Assembly: GCA_964035545.1 (NCBI GenBank)
Contig: OZ037765.1
Span: 20,522,995 to 20,586,994, forward strand
Direction: 5' to 3'
DNA length: 64,000 bases
Source of the DNA: Bugula neritina
Taxonomy: Eukaryota > Animalia > Bryozoa
This document shows positions 54,696 through 64,000 of this stretch, in pieces. Below the pieces are notes generated by a model, which had not been told where the DNA came from, did not search any database, and worked only from the letters and a program-made list of their open reading frames with translations. The translations under genes were made by a program, and so were the position numbers. Every line of letters starts with the position of its first letter. Position 1 is the stretch's first letter.

Positions 54696-57600
54696 CCTCT
54701 CTCTTTATCTATATCTTTATCTATCTCCCTTCTCCCCCCTTCTCTTTCTCTTATTTCTCTCTTCATCTCTCTCATTTGCTGAAGCTACTGTATCATGTTT
54801 TCTTGGTGCTAATCAATTATTTCAAAACATATTTTAGCATTCATATTTATCAAACACCAAGTATTACTTTGTTTTTCCCTGAGCATACTTGTACGTTTAC
54901 ACTGTTGCTCTTGCTATTTTTTCTCCTAATCCTAATAATCTGTTATTAAAGATCATGTTGATGATGTGGTTACCATGGCCTATCAGTACATAGCCATGCT
55001 GCGAGCAGCTGGACCCCAGGAGTGGATTGTGGAGGAAGGCAGGGACCTCAACATTATGAACTTTAAGTTTAAAGACAACGAGAAGCCCAGAGCCTTAGTT
55101 ACAGGGTTAGCTGGAAGTCTTCACGTACGGCTAATTTTATTTTCTAAGTTACTTGAAAAATATAATATAAATATTTTTTTCTAAAGATTTTTCGTTCATT
55201 TCTTGTATTTGTTAAAAACTGCTATAGATTGGTGGGTGCTTTTTGTGAGTGTACAAAGGCCTATAATAGCGGTTGTTTATTATTTGTATATAATTTCAGG
55301 ATCTTTTTTATTCATTACTGAAAAATGGTTGGTAATATTGATCATTAAATGACCACAGAAATTGTTATATTTTTAAGCAATTATTTTTTTTAAATACTGC
55401 AGATAGATTTTTTTCGCATTCTAGGTTTTTGTCACAAAAAATAGAAGCCGCCATCAAACAAAAAATACACACTCGTGCACGCACGTCAAAGTAAAGCTGC
55501 ATCTTGTTTACTGTATTATTGTTTGGAATGAAGATATGATGAAGTTATTTTTAGTATTATCCCCTTGAGGAGGTAGTGTCTGGCCCTTATCTATGGAAGA
55601 ATTATGAACCCAAAATAATACAGGATTTGATGGAGAAGCTTGTTCCTGAGAACATGCTGTGAGTACAGAGAGCACCTGTCATATGGTGTTGACATCAAGC
55701 ACCTGTTATATGGTGTTGACATCAAGTATTCAGTTTTTTTCAAACTCAAATACCTTGCGCTATGAAATTTTATTTTATAATATCTATTCAGTCTCAAGTT
55801 AATAGTTGTCGTCATCCTGAAATGCATACGTTTATAGTTTCATACAGAAACTAATTATATGCATATGTGTGATTATTAACCAATTTTCTAGAAAATAGTA
55901 AAGTTGCTTTATTATGACTATAGAATTTTTAAACTTTGTGATGCTAAGTTGCATACCTTCTCACATCTTTGAGTCTTGGGGTTTCCAAAAGTAAACAGAA
56001 AATGTATGGTGCCTGTCCTACCGCGCTGTCCGTCCTCTACAATTACTGCAAAATAATGTTGTTCTGCAAAGCTGTTATTCACAGACATTGCGCAGTTACT
56101 GGCTAAGCAGGCACCTTTTATGGTTCTTTCTGTAGCAATTTATTGCCATGGAAAAGGTTAAAAGACACTTTACTTTTTCTAATATTACTGTCATGAAAGA
56201 GGCTAAAATTATTTTTCATAGAGCTCTGTTTTAGCAGGTCACTAGCAAGGCCCAATAATGTTAGCACAGTACTTAAGAATTGATATTTCATTTCAAGACA
56301 CTACTTGTTTCATGTAAATCTCATCAGATCGAGTGATTGTTTATTTCCTTCTTCTTAGAACCATTTTGGTTAGCCAAGCGTTTGCCAACAAAGCGAACAG
56401 AAAGGAGAAGTGGTATGGCGTGGCCTATGCTATAGAGCCTCATGATCCAGAGTTGGAAGCTAAGTGGGCGGAGCCAGAGCTACATGAAAGTTTGAAGCTA
56501 CCAGGGCCGAATGCTTTCATACCTCACAACTACGAGATCGCCCCGAGAGACCCTGATCACAGCAATCTACCTCGAATTATTAAAGTAATTCATTTTCATT
56601 TGTGTATCCCTTGTTTTAATTAGCTCATTTTTGGAATCAGCAAACATGTGCAGCTTCCAGAAAAAAAGTGGTATTATAGTGGAAGAAGTTGTGACTTGTA
56701 GATAGTGTTCTGAATTCGCTTTGATTATTAGTGCATCTTATTGCTAGCATATGAAATAAGATTGTGAGGTTAATAAAAGGGGCCATATTAGCTTGTTTAA
56801 GTCACACTATGCTCTCTGTGCGTCTCTCAGTTGTTTTGTTGTATTTTCACAGAACACAGCTCTAAGCAGATGCTGGTTCAAGCAAGATGATGAGTTTAAT
56901 TTACCTAAAGGCTGCATAACCGTAGCCATAAGAAGGTTTGCATGATAATTAGTATATTAATACTTTATAGACCCCGTCTTCTTTCACCTATTCTTGTTGT
57001 GCAAAGTTGGGAAAAGGCAACTTTTAGTCTGATAAAACATGTCAGTACTGAAAACCACTGTTATAACAAAAACAATTCTAAATTTACTCAACTGCAGTAG
57101 AAAATTTTACTTGGGTTTGATTTAGTAAAAGTATGTAGCCTATATGTTGGCGCATCAGAACTAATTTTCCTGATTTTGCTGAAATATCTTTTGGCTCTCA
57201 ATGCATTACATAGTTATGTTATTTTGGTCATCATTATATGTCTTTATACTGCATGCGGTTTTGTAATTTAGTTGGACTAAATTATGTCTGAATTTTGCAG
57301 CTCACTGTCAAGTAACAGCCCTATAAATGCCAATTTAGCCTGGTTGTATCTCAGACTATTTAGTGACGTGTTTGCTGAATACAGCTATGATGCTACCTTG
57401 ACGAGGCTCAACTACGATCTCAACACCACACACTATGGTATAATGGTAAGCTTTCACATTTCCATATGAAGTGTTAAGTTGTGTGTTGAAAAACATTAAA
57501 AATATATTTAATTTTATATTCTAAGCCCTTAGGTAAATGAGATAAAACATTCAACTAAACCTGCAATATATTATCTGTGATTTATTTTTCTAACATTGTA

Positions 57601-60600
57601 TTTTATAGCTTTCTTTCATAACTCAGTATTATAAGTTATTCCATCAACCACATGTTTCCTCCCCTGTTTAAATGCTTTATTCTTTTTTTGTTAATTTCTC
57701 AGATTGTATCTAATTAAATATGTAAGAACAGTTCTGTGTATGTATCAACTAACTAGTGATGTAGAGTATATTATATAAACATATATACCCTGGTAGAAGA
57801 GTCTAATGTGCATTCATAACACGCTCTCTTGTGTATATTGTTAGCTGGTGGTGACAGGGTACACAGACAAACTTGGTGTGCTCCTGGAAACCATTATGAA
57901 GACATTAACCACCTTTAAACCAGATGAGAGCCGTGTTGCTGTATTCAGAGAGCAGGTAACTCCTCATATTATGTTAGTAAGGCATAGTGGAGATAACATA
58001 CTGCTATGTAAAGTATAAACTCAAGTTTATTATACAATTTCATTGGACCGTTTAGTCTGATCCATCTTCCATTGCAGTTTTAACTTACTTGTTTAATATA
58101 AAAAAAAAACGTTTTATAAATTTCATGCTGCGAAATTAATTCTGTTTTTAGAAATTATGACTGTCAAAATATTTGCCAAAGTCTCACTAATTACAGATTT
58201 AATTGGATCTGTTCTCCGGATTTGAATTACTCAGTAATGAATCTATATTGTACTGTCAGGTGAAGTTCTCAATCACATAGTTATGTGTTTGTAGTATACC
58301 CGAGGGTTGAATAACTTCAAGATGGCTCAGCCTACAACTCACGCTGATTATCGTCTGGGATTGCTGCTGAAAGAGGGCGGCTGGACTACCGATGAGCTAT
58401 TAGAATGCATTGATGAAATGACTTTAGAGAATCTAACAGCCTTTATACCTCAGTTCTTAGCTAGGTAGGCTTCACTGTGTAAATCATACAACAATTTCTA
58501 TTAGTTGCTTTGGGTCTTTGATTTTACAACCATTTGCACCCAAGATTGATATGATAATTTAAGGTACTAATTATTATTTGTGTAGTGTCTTAAATTCAAA
58601 CTCAGTACAGTAGTAATTCATTTAATCTGCTTCTTGTTCAAATATGAAACGAAAGTTTTTGTTATAACTTAACTTTGCTACTTTAACCACCTCTTAACTT
58701 TGATTTTACTACACATCAGCAACTTCAATCTTTTCCAACAATTCAACTATGCTTGGGTTTAACTATGATCTATATTTCTTTTATGCAGAAAATTTTGTAA
58801 ACTTTCAACAGTTTTAGTAAATTGGTTTTCCTAACCAGTTCTCGAGTCTTAATAAAGTCTCAAATAGTTATTAAAATCATCACACCTTATTCAGTGAGTA
58901 GCGACAAATGGGAATAGAAATAGTTGTTGCCTACAAATTAAGAATGACAGTATGTATAAGTACGATAAATTAGTTTTGTCATAATAGCAGTTAAATATTA
59001 TAATTGGCATTTTATGTTGTTGCTGATTTTAAGCATCCTACAGGTTGTCGGACAAATATTTTCATGAACTCTCAAAATTCAGAGATTTACAATCATATTT
59101 CAAGCTTCTTTAATAGTTTCGCAATAATACATTGTTCAAAAAGCTATATTTCTTTTGTTTGGTGCAGTAGCATAAATCAAATTGATGAAAATGAGGTGAA
59201 TATGTTGTCATGTAGAGGCAATTCCTTATGTATTAGTTGTAATGTTGCAGAATTCACATGGAATCTCTACTGTTTGGTAATTTCACTGTGGACACAGCGC
59301 TGTCTCTGATCTCAGTGGTGGAGGACACTCTAGTAACCAACATGAAGAGTAAACCTCTCCCACACAGCCAGCAGACAAGAGTGAGACGAGAGGTGCAACT
59401 CCCCGATGGTTAGTAGCTTTCCTCATCATACGTAGTGACTGGCTTCACATTGAGTGATATTATACTTGGTTGTGTTTATACCTTCATGGTGTTCAGTAAG
59501 AAATTCAATTTGGCCGAGTTGAAATTTCAACAAGTTGCATTGCAATGTAAAAGCCACTTGTCAAAATCTTTGTACTGCGATTACTTACTCGGCCGATTTC
59601 AGAATAATAATCAAAAGGAATAATAACTTCTTGTAGATATCAGTATTTGATTATGACTTTGGCTACTAGATGACGTACTTATATGTTTATAATTATATCG
59701 GCTACACTTTCTCAATTATCGTTTTTATGCTTTCAACTTTACTAGTTCATTACGCTTTCAAAGGGCATCAAATAGCGATTAAGCGAGTCATATTTCACTA
59801 TTAGAAAGTGAGCTTCCGCATCAATATGATTTCAACAAGTTTCAATAAAACTAAAAACGAGTACTTTGACAAGTTAAATTAGCTGAAACTCGGTACTTTT
59901 TTTCAGTAGAGGTATAAACGCAAGTTTAGTTATTCTGTACTAGAATAGTGTTGCCATCCTGTAGTCTACTTTTCTTTTTACAGACTGCAGTTACAAGTTC
60001 AACTGTAACAATGATATTCACTCCTCATCTTGCATATACAACTTCTACCAGCTGGGTCTGGAGGACACCCACTCTACCATGCTTGTTGAGCTTCTTCATC
60101 AGATTATAAAGGACCCGTGCTTCAACACTCTCAGGTTTATATGGGTGTTACATTAATATCATGATTTATAATATTGTATTGTATTCTTAGTTGATAGCTC
60201 CTTGTTGTGATTATTATATAATCTAAGAACATTATTATTAGACTCTCTAATATGTTGTGTATATGTGCCTGTTAATTATAATCATCCAGCTTCACTTATT
60301 TTTACCATAGTCATATGACAAGCCCACATACATTTATTTTATATATATATTACAAACCTAGCATATATGTAGCGCGTGCATAGCATACATAATGGCATTT
60401 TATGTGTAGCATATATACAAGGCACGTGTGTAAATGTACTAGTGTTGCTACAGGACACAGGAGCAGCTGGGATATATAGTCGGCTGTTATGTGAGAAGAG
60501 GCAGCGGTGTGCATGGGCTGCTCTTCATCATACAAAGCATGAAGCATCCTGACTATGTTGATCATAGAATTGAGACCTTCCTTTCTACAGTGAAGGTGAT

Positions 60601-62169
60601 TTAGTTGATTTGAGACTACTGCTATAACCTTTTGTGAGCTACTTGATTTCATAATATGTATGTAATGGGCATTCAAAGCTGAAATGACTGTAGGTTTTGG
60701 GCCAAGTAACTAGGTTGTCAGGCAGGTACAATTTGATATGCTGAACTCTTTTCTGCTAACATTTTGGTCTATATGTTTCAGTTTAATGGCTGTGAAATAC
60801 TGCAGCGTCATGATAAAGTTTTCATATACAAGTCAATGTTTAATTTAATTTAAAAACAGTTGCCTTGATGACATCAGCGTTTGTCATTGACCTTCTTATC
60901 GATTCAGGAGCGACTAGAAAACCTGACAGACACGGACTACCAGAAGCATATATCAGGTCTGGTGGCCGCTAGACTTGCTAAGCCGAAGAAGATGAAAGCC
61001 CGACACAACCGCTACTGGAATGAGATTGCCACAGAGAACTACGTGTTCAACAGGGAGGATATAGAGACAGCCCATGTCAAGACAATAACCCAACAGCAGC
61101 TAGTCAGCTTCTTCAAGGTAAATGCTTTCACCAGCTGCAAATATATATTTCTGTTAACAGCAATAGTCAACACTACCAGGTGACAGCCTCCCCTCCTCCT
61201 TTTTCTAAGGGAGACTTTTTTTGTTGTTGATTTTCACCTATTCAATGTATCACGAATCATGCTGTGCAACTTTGTGTTTAGAGCAACATAGCGGCCAAGT
61301 CATCTAGGAGACACAAACTCAGTGTTCGAATTCTCTCGAAAAGTCACAGAGATGGGTTTATTCCTGAGGATGATGAGTTGGATAAGTACAAGGCAGATGA
61401 TAAGATACAGGTAATGGTGGTTCTTTTGGCACTAGTTAATGAGTTCATCTCCACTTTTAACAGGCTGTCCCTGGCATGATCTGGCAGTGCTTTATCTCGA
61501 ACTGCTGTGATCTCACTTGTAATTATAGTAACCATGTGTATACAAAGTGCTGATGGCACTGAAATTGATTTTGCTCCTACCAATGTATTCCAGTAGGGTC
61601 ATTTTACTTAATTTAGTTTTTAGCTAATTTCACAGTTTACAAGCTAATGTATATAGTTTCTTGCATTGAACTAATAAGGTATTGACAAATACATCTGAAT
61701 AATCAAGGCTTTTTTAATTATTCTTGAGTTTCTATGTTTTTTTCCTAATATTTAGTAAGTTTAGTTGTGTGGACAGTGATGAAAAACCATCACAGTCCGC
61801 ACATCTAGAATTACTAAAATGTCATTACAATTTATACCAATTAACAAACGTCTAGTTACTGCCATTCATTCATAGCATAGGCCTTGTCAACAGCGCTTTT
61901 TTCTCTATAATATGCCTTTTTTCACATTGGACTAAATAAAGACAACATATGAATTGCTTTTCACTCATTAGTAGATTTGTATTTATATAATACACAACAA
62001 ATACTTTTGCATTTTCTTACATAACATATCTGATGATCACGCTTACTTCTATTATTTGCAGACGGCACAGACAATTGAAGATCACATTGATTTCAAAAGA
62101 AGTATGCAACTGTTTCCACTTCCCAAGTCTGCTATCCATATACCCAAGATTACGATGTCTAAACTGTGA
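49433..62169 (+). CDS. IDE: Insulin-degrading enzyme (insulysin, M16A zinc metallopeptidase), 20 coding exons, ~981 aa from this ATG
   Basis: Exons 49433-49598, 50775-50851, 51727-51857, 52043-52212, 52992-53114, 53448-53650, 54422-54587, 54952-55124, 55555-55658, 56359-56584, 56853-56935, 57301-57445, 57845-57955, 58295-58464, 59251-59408, 59984-60134, 60454-60595, 60908-61117, 61282-61410, 62062-62169; 2946 nt, in frame. Inverted Zn motif [43 protein letters not shown]-terminal SKL. Confidence 0.96.
53824..54033. mobile_element. Non-autonomous hAT-type MITE (210 bp) in an IDE intron
   Basis: TIRs CAGGGTTG...CAACCCTG flanked by a perfect 8-bp direct repeat GATAAGAG (53816-53823 and 54034-54041); interior made of GTAATT/AATTAC motifs. 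Confidence 0.85.
54603..54703. repeat. (CT)n / C-run microsatellite
   Basis: Pyrimidine array just after the IDE donor at 54587. Confidence 0.95.
55671..55727. repeat. 27-bp direct repeat x2
   Basis: GCACCTGT(C/T)ATATGGTGTTGACATCAA duplicated next to an IDE donor. Confidence 0.8.
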
Positions 62170-62345
62170 TAGAAATTATCTCCTACTTAATGCGTGGTTC
62201 AACATACCACTTTTCTGTATTTCTTCATTTAAAAGCATAAACATTTTGTTAAGAATTTATGTTATAGCATTCTATATTGGTATTTTTTATTGTTTGAATA
62301 TCTATATACTTTGCAAATTTGACTGCCAATAATGTGTAATATCTC

Positions 62346-62351
62346 AATAAA
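62346..62351 (+). terminator. Probable IDE polyadenylation signal
   Basis: AATAAA ~180 nt after the stop, with T/GT-rich sequence downstream. Confidence 0.5.
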
Positions 62352-62819
62352 TAGTATCTATGACCACTAAATATTGTGATTTTACTTTAATTTTACGCAT
62401 GCTCTTTATATATTTTGTGTGTGTCATTTTGTCATAAGACTACTCACAATTAACTCATTTTGATTAGTAATTTTAAGGTGATATACCCATATAGGACAAT
62501 GTGAATATTACGCACATCAGATTCAATAGACAGCTAAATATGTTCTCTGAAATTATACCACACTGGTTAGAAAGACAGCTTTAGAGTATTATGTGTGTTA
62601 TGTTGCTTGAAACTAATGCTAGCTGATTAGTTTATGTTTATTATATTTTCAGACTTCAGTAAAGTAACAAATTAGAACTTTATTTTGTCAGATCTTTAGG
62701 ATGAGATTTACAAACGATAAAGCTTCACAACACATATCCTTATAATAGAAGCAAAGTATCAGTAACTCCAAATAGTAATATAGTAAAGTGTTGATAACTC
62801 CAAATACTAATACAAATTA

Positions 62820-63083
62820 CAAACGGGTCAACGGTTATTGGCTCAAATAATTTCGGATCACGTCATCAGTTTGCCTAGCAAATTCCAGCGCTATCGAGGT
62901 GTAAACATTAACAAGCCATCTTTGTTTGGATAAAATTGAGAAAAGTTTTAGAAGGTCCCCACTTTGACCGAAGCTCTGTTACATGCTTTATGGCATCGTT
63001 AACTGTGGCATTATTGTTAATTCATCAAACTTATTTTCACATTTAATAATATTAATTCAGCTTCACTGTTGATAAATGTAAGT
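62820..63083 (+). promoter_or_regulatory. Probable promoter and non-coding first exon of the next downstream gene
   Basis: CpG-containing cluster with ATTGG (CCAAT), ACGTCA (CRE half-site), TTGCCTAGCAA (X-box core) and TGTAAACA (forkhead), then a GTAAGT donor at 63078 and the low-complexity tract seen at the other gene 5' ends. Confidence 0.4.
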
Positions 63084-64000
63084 CACTGAAAGTAAAAGTA
63101 TTTAACTTCAAGTTCAAGTAATACTAAAAGTAAAAGTAAATTACTTCTACAAGTACATATTGATATACTTATACTAAGTCTTATACGTATAGTTGTACGT
63201 TATACTTATACTTAGTTATAGTTGATTAATAGTTATAGTTCTTCACTTTTAGTTAATGCTATACCTATAGTTATATTAGTACTAGTACTAGTAGTGGACG
63301 TAGTACTAGTACTAGTACTACATCCGATAGTTCCACCTTTCCCCTATTTGGGGTCTTGGAACTAAATCAAGACAAGACTAGTAGTAGTAGACGTAGTCGG
63401 TAGTACTAGTACTTGAGTAGTACTGCTACTAATACTACTACTAGTACAGTACTAGTAGTAACAGTAATCATAATGGACACTGACAGAAAAACTAAAAGTA
63501 AATGGATCTAAATGACTAAGTAAATGCACTAGCCATTTCTACGGGTCAGTAACACTACTACTACTACTACTACTACTAGTAAGTAGTAGTAGGCCTAGTA
63601 CTGAAAGTAAGACTAAGAGTAAGTCTAATACTTAAAGGTAATAGTAATACTAATAATAATAAACAATCACAATATGAATATACATTCACATGCTTATAGC
63701 CATAGTGATAGTAATAATAATAATTAATAGAGTATAATGTTAATGCTAATACTGTAATAGTAATTCAAATTGTAATACTAATACTAATAGTAATACTAAT
63801 GATAATAATAATTTGAGTTCAAGTCAAAAGAGTTAACATAATTATTGGGATACATATACTTATATTTTAGTGATAATCCTATGTCCTAGCCAGTTTTAAA
63901 ATTAATTACATTAACTATGAGTACTAGTGCTACTACTAGTAGTTTAATAATCAATAAATAATTTGAACCAGTGTTACTATTACACTTGACAGTTGATAAT

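Noticed and set aside
54557-54837. ERERER / SLSLSL ORFs
   Set aside because: (CT)n microsatellite in an IDE intron.
1-64000. U12-type or non-canonical introns, tRNA/rRNA/snoRNA genes
   Set aside because: All mapped junctions are GT-AG without the U12 RTATCCT donor; no RNA gene recognisable by eye (a covariance-model search was not possible).

Overview
AT-rich eukaryotic (animal, probably invertebrate) genomic DNA with spliced genes, so the ORF track captures only exon fragments. I reconstructed exon chains by hand from GT-AG junctions and checked phase continuity. In order: (1) the 3' part of an amyloid precursor protein (APP-family) gene, + strand, 396-11247, 5' exons outside the window; (2) a complete NEK8 kinase/RCC1 gene, - strand, 12551-19049; (3) three tandem two-exon paralogues of an uncharacterised ~310-aa polytopic membrane protein with a (T/S)(P/A)AGWTFxIWGxIY motif, - strand, 22128-32843; (4) an MBOAT1/2-type lysophospholipid acyltransferase, - strand, 34792-44283; (5) insulin-degrading enzyme (IDE), + strand, 49433-62169, ending in PTS1 SKL; (6) a probable promoter and first exon of a further gene near 62.8-63.1 kb. 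Also present: a hAT-type MITE with an 8-bp TSD, a 44-bp Tourist/PIF-like hairpin element, a decayed LINE fragment and several mini/microsatellites. The least explained signals are a TA-periodic low-complexity sequence confined to gene 5' regions, an exact 16-mer (CTAAGAGTAAGTCTAA) found three times within it, each in the inferred sense orientation, and the mosaic, modular upstream regions of the triplicated membrane-protein genes.
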